This document shows positions 22,330-34,290 of a DNA stretch of 64,000 nucleotides, one piece after another; within the stretch, counting starts at the first letter, position 1; every line of letters starts with the position of its first letter. Below the pieces are notes generated by a model, which saw only the letters and a list, made by a program, of their open reading frames with translations, was not told where the DNA came from and did no database searches. Source of the DNA: Selaginella moellendorffii (Eukaryota; Plantae; Lycopodiophyta); assembly GCF_000143415.4 (NCBI RefSeq), contig NW_003314326.1, positions 941,609 through 1,005,608 of the forward strand, given 5' to 3'. Both the position numbers and the translations under genes were made by a program.

Positions 22330-22579
22330 TGTAATTTCGGCTGCTCTACAGCTATGTCACGGCGATGTACACCAACGCAATTACAAGCAGGGATTTGGGA
22401 AGCTGTCGCAGTATCGTAACAAATATAGCACACGAAAGCACGATTCCCTTGAGTATGAGACAATGCAAGCAAAGAACAATGTAACAGGACAGTGCATCTT
22501 GGAGTTTTGAGGGGTCAAAACAACAAAATGTTTCGTGGCAGCTTATTTTACAAGGTTGCTGCTCAGCAATAGATCCTTC

Positions 22580-22740
22580 ACTAGTTTGAAATCTAGGCAA
22601 AGGAGATTCCAGGCTCAAAAGACTAGTTTGAAATGCAGGCAAAGGAGATCCAAGGCTCAAAAGACTAGTTTGAAATGCAAGCAAAGGATCCAAGGCTCAA
22701 AAGACTAGTTTGAAATGCAAGCAAAGGAGATTCAAAACTC
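22580..22740. repeat. 42-bp tandem repeat, about 4 units (about 2 units at paralogous sites near 16830, 39553, 46982)
   Basis: ACTAGTTTGAAATGCAGGCAAAGGAGATTCAAGGCTCAAAAG-like units start at 22580, 22622, 22664 and 22704. Confidence 0.9.
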
Positions 22741-22922
22741 AGATCATCAAGTGTGTAATGAAAAGATCAATTACGTTTACTAATACCATATAGATACCAA
22801 CATAGTCTTCGCAAAGACTGTTTGCTGTGTAGTTTCCAAGCCTTTAATGGCATACCATCTTCTCTGGTTCACTGCTAACGTTTCCAGAGGAGTTTGAAAC
22901 CATTGAGAAGCTCTTCGAGTTC

Positions 22923-24070
22923 TCAAATATTTGGAGCAGTAAAGGTACGACAATTGTGACAATCTCGCTTGAGAATGATTTCGTAAATCACACCGCTGTA
23001 AATGCCATCACCTGGGCTGGTTCTCGACACTTCCACCTCGCGCAACTCCAGGTTGTGCTCAGACGCCTCGTTAAAGAATGCTCGATCAGTGCTAAAAAAA
23101 AGAAAGAAAAGATTCAAGAAAACACAAAAGAAGAAGCAAAATAACCTTTGTATGCGAGAGATGTAAGCAAGAAAAAACTTGCGGCAGTGGTGGTGTTGCA
23201 AAAGCTTGTTGACAGTCCTCATTAGCGGAGGAATGTTGCATTGCTGGTAGCGTGATAGGATCTGTTCAAGGAGAAACTTGGAGTCAAAAAGCTTCCATCA
23301 AAAGGATATAAATGTCGGCCCCAAGGATGTAGTCAAATCCCTCCGGATGCTTGTCAAGGATGAGAGAGAGCTGTTCTTCATTCCCCCACTCAAGCTTTTC
23401 ACAGGCAATCCCTGCAATGAGGAGAAAAAAAAAACAAACAAACGAGATCTCTCATATATCAGTGAGAAAGAACTCACGCGATAGCAACGCCGTGTCCTGC
23501 TGAAGCGCCACGTTTTTCCTCATGATCTAGCAGCGATCCCCAAACTTGTTTTAAGAAACCATGCATGAAAATTCCTGCCTTTAAAACGATGTCATTGTGA
23601 TCAGTCATGACGACTTTGCGGCAGCCAATCCTTCCACACAAAAGGCCAGTCACTCCTACAAACCATGAAAAAAAAAACAAGTGTTAGAAAAAAAAAAAGA
23701 GAGAGAGAAAGAAGAGAAAACCATGCGAAGAACTTCATACCAACACCAGAGCCCAGCTCAATGATCGAAGCTCCTTGAAAAATTTGGCTATGATCCACAA
23801 TGTAGTTGAGGAGAAGCTCGGTGCCAGGCCAGATTATCTGGCCAGTGAGGTCGTAATCCGCTGCGAGCTATCGCATTGAAAGAGAGGAACCGAAAGAACA
23901 CACTCACTGGAAGAGCATTGTAGGCTGAGCACAGGAATCTCGTGATGGCCGATGGAAATGCGCTGCTCAACGTAGCTAGCAGTGGATGATAGAATCGATT
24001 AAATCCTAGTAGCTTACTTCTCGTCCAGGAACAGCGATCCAGTACCTCCTCCATCGTCGTCCTCGTCCAT
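22923..24070 (-). CDS. Family-16 methyltransferase, copy 2
   Basis: Near-identical to copy 1 with splice sites retained; longer C-terminus (KRDCHNCRTFTAPNI). Confidence 0.8.
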
Positions 24071-24143
24071 CGCATGAGCCCTAAGAGAATAAGAATCTTA
24101 CTCACAAAAGATGCCCTAAAGCCCTAGGGGTTAGGGTGTATGA

Positions 24144-25482
24144 ATGGCGGCAAGATTTGGATGCTCGCGCATTGCCCGGCTATCGCGCATTGCACAGGTA
24201 CCCAGCCGCGCCAGATCGATCGCCACGCAGCCGGTAGCTCAGGAATCCACCGAGGATGAGGCGGACGATCTTGCCGCTTCCTCCAATGCGGGCGTCTGGA
24301 GCTACAGGGATTTCGCGCAGATGCTCCACTCTTCCTCCTCCTCTTCCAGGCATTCGATCGAGGCGGCGCTGGGCAGGCTACGCCGGGAAATCTCCACTGA
24401 CGCCGTGGTGAAGATCTTCCAGTGCCTCAAGGACGCCGATCTCGCCTGGGAGCTCTTCCAGTGCCTCTCCTCCCCTCGATTCGGCTTCCAGCACAGCGTC
24501 CACACGGGGAACGCGCTCCTGGATGTGTTTGCCAGGACCAAGCGCCACAGGGAGGCCGGGAATCTCCTCAAGAACGAGCTCGCGACGATATTTCGGCCGG
24601 ATGTGGAGACCTGGAACGTCCTCGTCACCGGCTACTGCCTGGCTCGCGACGAGGAGGCATTCGCGGTGATGAAGGAGATGGAGGAGGATTACGGCGTGGC
24701 GCCGTCGCTCAAGACCCACAATCTCGTCCTCCACGGCCTGTGCAAGTCGGGCAAGGTCCTCGCAGCAATGGATCACTTCGATCACAGTGAGGAGATCCAT
24801 GCCGGTGAGCGCTGCGACGTTCTCGATCCTCATCAATGGCCTCGTCAAGGCAGGTATGATGATCCAAGCTCACTCCCTCGCCCAGGAGACCACAACCAAT
24901 GGCTGCACGATCGACATCCACACCTACACCGCCATTGTGGATTGGCTCGCCAAGAACAAGAAGATCCAAGAGGCCGTGGCTCTGATGCAGAAGATCACTG
25001 CCAATGGGTGTACTCCCACCATTGCCACCTACAACGCTCTCCTCAATGGTCTTTGCAAGATGGACGGCTCGAAGAAGCCATCGATCTCCTTCGCAAGAAC
25101 GTCGACAATGGCTGCACGCCGGTCACTTACACCTCGCTCATCGATGGCCTCGGCAAGGAGAAGCGATCCTTCGAAGCTTACAAGCTTTTCAAAGAGATGG
25201 CTTCGCGGGGACTGGCTCTCGACACCGTCTGCTATACTGCTCTCATCCGGGGACTCCTCCAGACCGGGAAAATCCCGCAAGCTTCCTCGGTCTACAAGAC
25301 GATGACGTCCCAAGGCTGCGTTCCCGACGTGGTAACTCTCAGCACCATGATCGACGGCCTCTCCAAGGCCGGGAGGATTAAAGCGGCAGTCCGGATCTTC
25401 AAGTCGATGGAAGGTCGAGGCCTGGCTCCAAACGAGGTGGTGGACAGCGCTCTCATCCACGGCCTGTGCAAGGCGAGGAAGA
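24144..25482 (+). pseudogene. PPR copy 2, 3'-truncated, with two compensating frameshifts
   Basis: +1 near 24783 and -1 near 25062; ends at the junction with TEX10 intron sequence. Confidence 0.85.
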
Positions 25483-27049
25483 GTACGTCCTTTCCCTTCC
25501 CCCCTCTTTCTATTTTGTTATCGCTCTTATAAATTGATTTCACCAGGGAAGTCAGGACCGTAAAGAAACCCAAGCTCCCTCTGTTGCTGAGCAGTTCACT
25601 AAGAAATTGCTGGTGTCATTTCCCAGGCTTCTTTGGGAGCTCAAGTGTAATCAACTTGCGTCTTCAAGGTTTGTGTCAAGGCATTCGCATCGTAATGTTT
25701 CTCTTTCTTTTTTGCAGATTGTCCTAGAGATGCTACTCCGCCTTGGAAAGTTTGCAGTAGCTGGCTCTACTTTAGCAACAGATTTTGGAATGCTTCAATC
25801 GGCAATGATACCGTTTTTCTGCACTGTGTTGCCAGCCAAGGAAACGCCAGGTTCCGTTGCGTCTCCTAAATCTAGCAAAGAAACTGACTTTCCACATTCC
25901 AGACAAGTATTTGTACGGTCCGTTTATTAAGCTTCCTAGAGACTGCCAAGAGATTGCTGTACTACTTCAGCGGCTTCCAACCTTTCTTTCTCAAAGCACT
26001 GTTAGCTTGCTGTCTGTGTAAGTGCGCATTATGGCTTACATCTTCTAACCTGGAAAACCTCGACTCGCAGCTCCGAACATGGATCTGCAAACTTTGGTCC
26101 GCTTGTTGGAAGTGGTGCGAGTGTCCTTTGTTCAAGGTCGGGTTGAAGTTGCAAACTTTTCCAGTTTCCTTCTTACGCTGGTGGTGGAGTGCTCGCACAC
26201 ACACGGTAAATATCTCCTTTTTTCTTGTCGGGCAATTTATAACTGCTGATACTCTCTTCAGAAACTGCTGAAGAGAGAAACAAACACTGGATAATACTGG
26301 GTGTGGTGTCCCGTAGCCTATTCCAGATTGGAGATATCGACGTAGTTATGCATTTGTTGGCCAAGCCAATGTCCGAACATCTGGTGCGTAATTTTTCACA
26401 CCTGTTGCTGTTTCTAACAGTCAAACACAGTCGGCTCGGCCTTCCCCAATGTTGTTAGCTAGTTCACTAAAAGTTCTGGCTACTCTGAGCCACGATGTGG
26501 AACATGTGGAGGTCCCTGAGTTGCTATTGAGCGTTCTCGTGGCGCAAACCGCGAGCTTTACGGTTTCAAGACTTCTGGTATACACCTGCGTTTTATCATG
26601 TGTATGATAATATGAATTGCAGGCTAAAGACCAAATGGTGATAGTTATTGTTTGGAATGCGGTGGACTTAGTTTTCAAGAACAGGAGGTTTGCACAATCC
26701 TTGATGAAGGAATTAGCTCTGAATCTATCAGGTTCGTTTGTTATGTTCTTCTCTCTTACGGCTGAGTGTCTATTGTCTTCAGGTGGCAAAGATCAAGTTT
26801 ATGCTGTGGGAGTTTTGACGAACGAAATATGCAAGCAAAAAGCGATCCAGAAGCACCTCGAGTTTTCAGATGTTCGTGAGATATTTCGAGCAGTAAAGGT
26901 ACGGCTACTATGAACATGTTTCACATACACGTTGTTTTGTGTCGCAGACAATTTTGAAGGAGGCACGCATGGACCAAGCTAAGTCCAAGCAGCTTTTCCA
27001 CTTAGAGATCAGCATCCGAGATGCGTTTGGATCGCAAGTCCTAGTTTAA
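25483..27049 (+). pseudogene. TEX10 3'-half duplicate
   Basis: Copy of 12305-13898 with an 11-nt exonic deletion near 25957. Confidence 0.9.
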
Positions 27050-27475
27050 GCTGTGGCAAAGAGCTCGGGTGTTCCGTGGCTTTTGGGAACCCTGTGCTTG
27101 AGCTTCATCTGCCGCATCCTGGAAAGGTCAGTCGATTTTCCGGGCTTGGCGATGGTGGCATCAGTTTTTTTCTTCACCACTGATGGTGAAGCTCTTTTCG
27201 TTCAAGCCGCCGTCATCCTCGGCATCCCAGCGAGGATCAAGATTAAACGCCTCGGTGAAAGAAGCCGTCCGAATTGCCTCTACTTCTTTACTCACCTGGA
27301 TCTTCTCCTCGTGCCTGTGTAACATGCTGATTGAAGCCGCTGCTCGCGACTGCTTCTCAAGGACAGCGTACGTATCTTCCATGCATACGCTCGCCACGGT
27401 TGTGACAGTGATGCTCTCAAAGCTGTGATAGGCAGACAGCGGTGCTCGTGGATCGAACTCGCCATGGCGTTCCAT
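27046..27475 (-). pseudogene. Clathrin light chain copy 2, internally deleted
   Basis: About 480 bp missing at 27176, at a CCAC microhomology. Confidence 0.88.
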
Positions 27476-27622
27476 CGTAGCATTCTACTCACTCAAACAG
27501 CTCCTCCTCCCGCGGCCAAGAAGAAAACTGAAAGTCTTTCTTGGCATGTTGGGCGAGGGAGAAGCTGATTAACGATATTGAATGGAAAGATAAACAACAA
27601 CAATGATTTAGTCCGTGTCGTG

Positions 27623-29012
27623 TTATTTGTTCTGAAACCATTCTCCCTTGTCAGATGACAGTATAGCCTCGTAAATACAAGTATTCTTCTTGAGCATGCC
27701 CAGGTCCTCTTTAGTCAAGTTGGAGATCACCTTCTGGAAAGTGGATTCATCCATGAACCATATCCAAGCTGCCACCAGCCCAACTACAAAGTCGATGAGC
27801 TTTGACTCGGCACCAATAACCTCAGGGACAATCCCGGACAGGTCGATAGTGCTCTGCTTGTTCTTGAGTTTGCTGAAGTCCACCCTACTCAAAAACTTGT
27901 TCATGATATCTGACCTCGGAACGTTCATACTGAAGACTGTTCTAATAGGACCAGCAACTGATTCATATCCAGCGACAGCTTCAAGCTCGCCTCCATCTAA
28001 TGACACCTGTCGCCTCTCAATGAAAATCCTGTGAAAGATATCTGCAGGATCAAAAGCATAGCTCCGGTAAACTCTCGGATTCCTCCACCACTTTAAGAAT
28101 GTCCAGGCCGCTTGGGCTTTGATCTCGTCGTCGCTTCCGTCAATAATGGATCTAATTAGATACTCGGATGCTTGCTTGGAAACTGCTTCACGAGGAAGGA
28201 AGCCCACTGGTGCTTCTGTGACCAGGAATTTGATTACGTCACCGTCCACAAAAGGAATTATTCCAAATTCTCGCACAGCTAATAAGAAGTTACCTGCTAA
28301 TACATCCTCTAATACGCCTTAGTTTTTTTTTACGTGTTCCGAGAACAATGCGCTGAATCATGCATTTGATACTTCCGAAGGTTCTAGCTTGATCAGGTAT
28401 GTTCCAGCAAAGGAGCTCCAGTACCTTCTGGTGATCGGAGCTGCATTCTTCTTACACACCATCCAAAAAATTATTGATGACATAAGTGAAAAGATTTACA
28501 CCTAATGCTTCTGTCATAAACGCCTCATGTACACGTGGGCCAACATGGAGTGCAAGTATGAGCTTCCCCTGCAATACTTCTCAGCCACAACACGAAGGAG
28601 TCCAGTTTGACCGCCAAGAAAACTGATGACTCCACCAAAGTCAGAATGTAGAACAGCCTGATCCCATACACAAAGTTGGCCACCTGCCCTGCATCCGACG
28701 ATGAGATGGGTTTGTAGTCTCCTGACTTGAGCCGAGCAAGGAGAAACCAAATGTTACAGCTGCACTACCCACTTGGAGCCCATGGAATATGAGATGTATG
28801 AACAGGTCCTTTATAAGCTTTGGCGGCTGCCTCCTCCGATAGCAAATGTTATAACCTAGGGAAGCGCAGTACAATGACGAGGTCAATATCCCTCCTAAGA
28901 TACTTTTGTGAAACCCAGCGGCTACTAAGTAATCAACATTCTTGCTGACTAGGAACACTCGCACACCCTCTGAAAGCAGCAGACCAGAAATGAGCCTGAA
29001 ATCGTAAGACTT
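27623..29012 (-). pseudogene. BLE2-like copy 3, 5'-truncated and disrupted
   Basis: Small deletions, scrambled stretch at about 28290-28335, 5' end fused to a PPR fragment at 29012/29013. Confidence 0.85.
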
Positions 29013-29716
29013 GGTGAGGAGATCCATGCCAGTGAGCGTTGCGACGTTCTCCATCCTCATCAATGGCCTCGTCAAGGCAGGTATGATGATCAAAGCTCAC
29101 TCCCTCGCCCAGGAGACCACGACCAATGGCTGCACGATCGACATCCACACCTATACCGCCATTGTGGACTGACTCGCCAAGAACAAGAAGATCCAAGAGG
29201 CCGTGGCTTTGATGGAGAAGATCACTGCCAATGGGTGTACTCCCACCATCGCCACCTACAACGCTCTCCTCAATGGTCTTTGCAAGATGGGACGGCTCAA
29301 AGAAGCCATCGATCTCCTTCGCAAGATCGTCGACAATGGCTGAACGCCGGACGTGGTCACTTACACCTCACTCATGGATGGCCTCGGCAAGGAGAAGCGA
29401 TCCTTCGAAGCTTACAAGCTTTTCAAAGAGATGGCTTCGCGGGGACTGGCTCTCGACACCGTCTGCTACACTGCTCTCATCGGGGGACTCCTCCAGGCCG
29501 GGATAATCCCGCAAGCTTCCTCGGTCTACAAGACGATGACGTCCCAAGGCTGCGTTCCCGACGTGGTAACTCTCAGCACCATGATCGACGGCCTCTCCAA
29601 GGCCGGGAGGATTGGAGCGGCAGTCCGGATCTTCAAGTCGATGGAAGCTCGAGGCCCTTCTTCAAACGAGGTGGTGTACAGCGCTCTCATCCACGGCCTG
29701 TGCAAGGCCAGGAAGA
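29013..29716 (+). pseudogene. Internal PPR fragment, copy 3
   Basis: PPR motifs with in-frame TGA codons (near 29170 and at 29341); truncated at both ends. Confidence 0.88.
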
Positions 29717-31268
29717 GTGCGTTCTTTCCCTTCCCCCCTCTTTCTATTTTGTTATCGCTCTTATAAATTGATTTCACCAGGGAAGTCAGGACCGTAAAGA
29801 AACCCAAGCTCCCTCTGTTGCTGAGCAGTTCAGTAAGAAATGGCTGGTCTCATTTTCCAGGCTTCTTTGGGAGCTCAAGTGTAATCAACTTGCATCTTCA
29901 AAGGTTTGTGTCAAGAGGCCATTCGCATCGTAATGTTTCTCTTTCTTTTTTGCAGATTGTCCTAGAGATGCTACTCCGCCTTGGAAAGTTTGCAGTAGCA
30001 ACAGATTTTGGAATGCCTCAATCGGCAATGATACCGTTTTTCTGCTCTGTGTTACCAGCCAAGGAAACGCCAGGTTCCGTTGCGTCTCCTAAATCTAGCA
30101 TAGAAACTAACTTTTCACATTCCAGACAAGTGTTTGTACGGTCCGTTTATTAAGCTTCCTAGGAACTGCCAAGAGATTGCAGTCGACGTATTGTAGCGGC
30201 TTCCAACCTTTCTTTCTCAAAGCACTGTTAGCTGGCTGTCTGTGTAAGTGCGCATTATGGCTTACATCTTCTAACCTGGAAAACCTCAACTCGCAGCTCC
30301 GGACATGGATCTGCAAACTTTGGTCCGCTTGTTAGAAGTGGTTCGAGTATCCTTTGTTCAAGGGCGGGTTGAAGTTGCAAACTTTTTCAGTTTCCTTCTT
30401 ACGCTGGTGGTGGAGTGCTCGCATGCACAGGGTAAATATCTCCTTTTTTCTTTTCGGGCAATTTATACTCTTTTCAGAAACTGCTGACGAGAGAAACAAA
30501 CACTGGATAATACTGGGTGTGGTGTCCCATAGCCTATTCCAGCTTGGAGATATCGACGTAGTTATGCATTTTTTGGCCAAGCCAATGTCCGAACATCTGG
30601 TGCGTAATTTTTCACACCTGTTGCTGTTTCTAACAGTCAAACACAGTCGGCTCGGCCTTCCCCAATGTTTTTAGCTAGTTCACTAAAAGTTCTGGCTACT
30701 CTGAGCAACGATGTGGAACATGTGGAGGTCCCTGAGTTGCTATTGAGCGTTCTCGTGGCGCAAACCGCGAGCTTTACGGTTTCAAGACTTCTGGTATACA
30801 CCTGCGTTTTATCATGTGTATGATAATATGAATTGCAGGCTAAAGACCAAATGGTGATAGTCATTGTTTGCAATGCGGTGGACTTAGTTTTCAAGAACAA
30901 GAGGTTTGCACAATCCTTGATGAAGGAATTAGCTCTGAATCTATCAGGCTCGTTTGTTATGTTCTTCTCTCTTACGGCTGAGTGTCTATTTTCTTCAGGT
31001 GGCAAAGATCAAGTTTATGCTGTGGGAGTTTTGACGAACGAAATATGCAAGCAAAAAGCGATCCAGAAGCCCCTCGAGTTTTCAGATGTTCGTGAGATAT
31101 TTCGAGCAGTAAAGGTACGGCTACTATGAACTTCATGTTTCACATACACGTTGTTTTGTGTCGCAGACAATTTTGAAGGAGGCACGCATGGACCAAGCTA
31201 AGTCCAAGCAGCTTTTCCACTTAGAGATCAGCATCCGAGATGCGTTTGGATCGCAAGTCCTAGTTTAA
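29717..31268 (+). pseudogene. TEX10 3'-half duplicate
   Basis: Copy of 12305-13898 with 15-nt and 8-nt exonic deletions. Confidence 0.9.
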
Positions 31269-32179
31269 GCTGTGGCAAAGAGCTCGGGTGTTCCGTGGCT
31301 TTTGGGAACCCTGTGCTTGAGCTTTAATATTATCTGCTGCATCCTGGAAAGGTCAGTCGATTTTCCGGGCTTGGCGATGGCGGCCTCAGTTGTTTTCTTC
31401 TCCGCAGCCGGCTTGGTGGAGATTAGTTCTGAGACGGCACCCCAGTAATTTAGTGGTGCCCTCGCATGGAACTCTTCTCGGGACTCCAACGATACCTGCA
31501 TGAGGAAGAGAGGTCAGTTTAAAACATAAAATCTATCTTCTTGACGACCTTTTCCTTCTCACGATTTCCTTTTTTACTAGCTTCGACTTCTGCGTTCCGT
31601 TTTGCAAAGAGCTCTCGTTTGTGCTCCTCGGCAGTGCAAAGAGTTTTTGCAAGCCTGTCCCTCTTGTCATTCTCCTTCGCTTCTAAAGCTAGCGCGTTTT
31701 TCCTGGCAAGAAACCGTAAGTAATTTTCTAAAAAGCTTCGTAGCGACTTACCTCGTCCATTCCTGGAATTTAAGATGCGATGGATCGAAGGTCGCTGTGG
31801 CGGTGCTGGTGCTGAAGATGTCCTGAGGATCATCAACGTCCTTTTTGTTTGTCTCGAGAAGATCGTGAAGCTCCTGAACGCTACTGATGGTGAAACTCTT
31901 TTCGTTCAAGCCGCCGTCATCCTCGGCACCCCAGCGAGGATCAAGATCAAATGCCTCGGTGAAAGAAGCCGTCCGAATTGCCTCTACTTCTTCACTCACC
32001 TGGATCTTCTCCTCGTGCCTGTGCAACACGCTGATTGAAGGCGCTGCTCGCGACTGCTTCTCAAGGACAGCGTACGTATCTTCCATGCATACGCTCGCCA
32101 CGGTTGTGACAGTGATGCTCTCAAAGCTGTGACAGGCAGACGGCGGTGCTCGTGGATCGAACTCGCCATGACGTTCCAT
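31265..32179 (-). CDS. Clathrin light chain-like, copy 3, apparently intact
   Basis: All three exons open and splice sites conserved. Confidence 0.75.
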
Positions 32180-32313
32180 CGTAGCGTTTTCTACTCACTC
32201 AAACAGCCTCCTCCTGCGGCCAAGAAGAAAACTGAATGTCTTTCTTGGCATGTTGGGCGAGATTAACGATATTAAATGGAAAGATAAACAACAACAATGA
32301 TTCAGTTCGAGTT

Positions 32314-34011
32314 TTAAAACCATTTTCCCTTGTTAGATGACAGTATAGCCTCGTAAATACGAGTATTCTTCTCGAGCATGCCCAGGGCCTCTTCAGTCAA
32401 GTTGGAGATCACCCTCTGGAAAGTGGATTCATCCATGAACCATATCCAAGCTGCCACCAGCCCAACTACAGTGTCGTCTAGCTCTGACTCGGCACCAATA
32501 ACCTCAGGGACAATCCCGGACAGGTCGATAGTGCTCCGCTTGTCCTTGAGTTTGCTGAAGTCCACCCTACTCAAAAAGTTGTTCATGACATCTGACCTCT
32601 CAGGTTCCACCAAGTTAATGAAGACTGTTCTAATAGGACCAGCAACGGATTCATATCCAGCGACAGATTCAAGCTCGCCTCGATGTAATGACACCTGTCC
32701 CCTCTCAATGAAAATCCTGTGAAAGATATCTGCAGGATCAAAAGCATAGCTCCGGTAAACTCTCGGATTCCTCCACCACTTTAAGAATGTCCAGGCCGCT
32801 TCGGCTTTGATCTCGTCGTCGCTTCCGTCAATAATGGATCTGATTAGATACTCGGATGCTTGCTTGGAAACTGCTTCACGAGGAAGGAAGCCCACTGGTG
32901 CTTCTGTGACAATGCGGTCCAGGAATTTGATCACGTCATCGTCCACAACCGCCAAAGGAATTATTCCAAATTCTCGCACAGCTAATAAGAAGTTGTGTAA
33001 CTCACCTTCTGTTAGTACAACCTTTGCTAGAATCTTGTTTGCAGTATGCCTTGGTTTTTCATGATATGATGATCCAAGAACAATGAGCTGAATCATGCAT
33101 TTGATACTTCCAAAGGTTCTAGCTTCATGAGGTATGTACCAGCAAAGGAGCTCCAGTAACTCCTCGTGATGGGAGATGCGTTCTTGGTGTTCTTCATCCC
33201 ATTTTTGGTGTTCTTCATCCAAAAACCAATTGATGACGTAAGTGAAAAGATTTACACCTAATGCTTTACCGAATCCCTCTCTCACAAACGCCTCATGTAC
33301 ACGTGGGCCTACATTGACTGCAAGCCCTTCAGCTTCCCCTCGAATACAGGACAGCCACAACAAGAGGAAGTCCCAACCCAGTAGTTTGACCGCCAAGAAA
33401 ACTGATGACTCCACCAAAGTCAGAATGTAGAAGAGCCTGATCCCATACACAAAGTTGGCCACCTGCCCTGCATCCGACGATGAGATGGGTTTGTAGTCTC
33501 CTGACGTGAACCGAGCAAGGGAGAAACCAAATGTTACAGCTGCACTACCCACTTGGAGCCCATGGAATATGAGATGTATGAACAGGTCCTTTATATACTT
33601 TGTCAGCTCCGTCCTCAGACAGCAAATGTCAGAACCTACGAAAGTGCAGCACGCTGCCCAGGTGAATATCCCTCCAAAGGTACTATTGTGGAACCCAGCG
33701 GCTACTGAATAATCAACATTCTTGCTGACTAGGAACACTCGCACACCCTCTGAAAGCAGCAGACCAGAAATGAGCTTGAAATCGTAGGGCTTGAGCTGAG
33801 AGACATAACCCCCCAGCAAGACCACAGTGGCGCCCACGAACGCTATTTGCCCTATGTATGTTGCACCCTTCTCCAGGGCTGACAATACTAGAGCCACATA
33901 TTTCACTTGCACTGACAGACTCACCAATCTCTGTGCTCTCCTCATAAGATTTTGATGTTCTTCCGTGTTCCCATCTGAGCCCCCAACTTGTATTGCTGTA
34001 TCATTCTCCAT
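32314..34011 (-). CDS. BLE2-like TM/ARM protein, copy 4 (565 aa)
   Basis: Intact ORF; in-frame 21-bp duplication gives DEEHQKWDEEHQER. Confidence 0.75.
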   Translation of the reverse strand: MENDTAIQVGGSDGNTEEHQNLMRRAQRLVSLSVQVKYVALVLSALEKGATYIGQIAFVGATVVLLGGYVSQLKPYDFKLISGLLLSEGVRVFLVSKNVDYSVAAGFHNSTFGGIFTWAACCTFVGSDICCLRTELTKYIKDLFIHLIFHGLQVGSAAVTFGFSLARFTSGDYKPISSSDAGQVANFVYGIRLFYILTLVESSVFLAVKLLGWDFLLLWLSCIRGEAEGLAVNVGPRVHEAFVREGFGKALGVNLFTYVINWFLDEEHQKWDEEHQERISHHEELLELLCWYIPHEARTFGSIKCMIQLIVLGSSYHEKPRHTANKILAKVVLTEGELHNFLLAVREFGIIPLAVVDDDVIKFLDRIVTEAPVGFLPREAVSKQASEYLIRSIIDGSDDEIKAEAAWTFLKWWRNPRVYRSYAFDPADIFHRIFIERGQVSLHRGELESVAGYESVAGPIRTVFINLVEPERSDVMNNFLSRVDFSKLKDKRSTIDLSGIVPEVIGAESELDDTVVGLVAAWIWFMDESTFQRVISNLTEEALGMLEKNTRIYEAILSSNKGKWF

Positions 34012-34190
34012 TGTAATTTCGGCTGCTCTACAGCTATGTCACGGTGATGTACACCAACGCAATTAGAAGCAGGGATTTGGGAAGCTGTCGCAGTATTGTA
34101 ACAAATATAGCACATGAAAGCACGATTCCGTTGAGTATGAGATAATGCAAGCAAAGCACAATGTAACAGGACAGTGCATCTTGGAGTTTT

Positions 34191-34290
34191 TGTCGAGATG
34201 TCAGTCTCGATCAGCCGACGTGGCATGTCCACGTGGGCATGAGTCATGTCCCTCATGAGTGTTATGTCCATCCCTATTAACATCACAACA
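34191..34290 (+). repeat. 5' LTR (100 bp)
   Basis: TGTCGAGATG...CATCACAACA followed by the PBS. Confidence 0.92.

Noticed and set aside
22352-22693. ORF with repeated FQTSLLSLESPLP peptides
   Set aside because: Translation of the 42-bp VNTR; start and frame are not conserved across copies.
25483-27049. In-frame PPR-TEX10 fusion protein
   Set aside because: Phase 1 donor against a phase 0 exon gives a stop after five codons, and the TEX10 parts are frameshifted.
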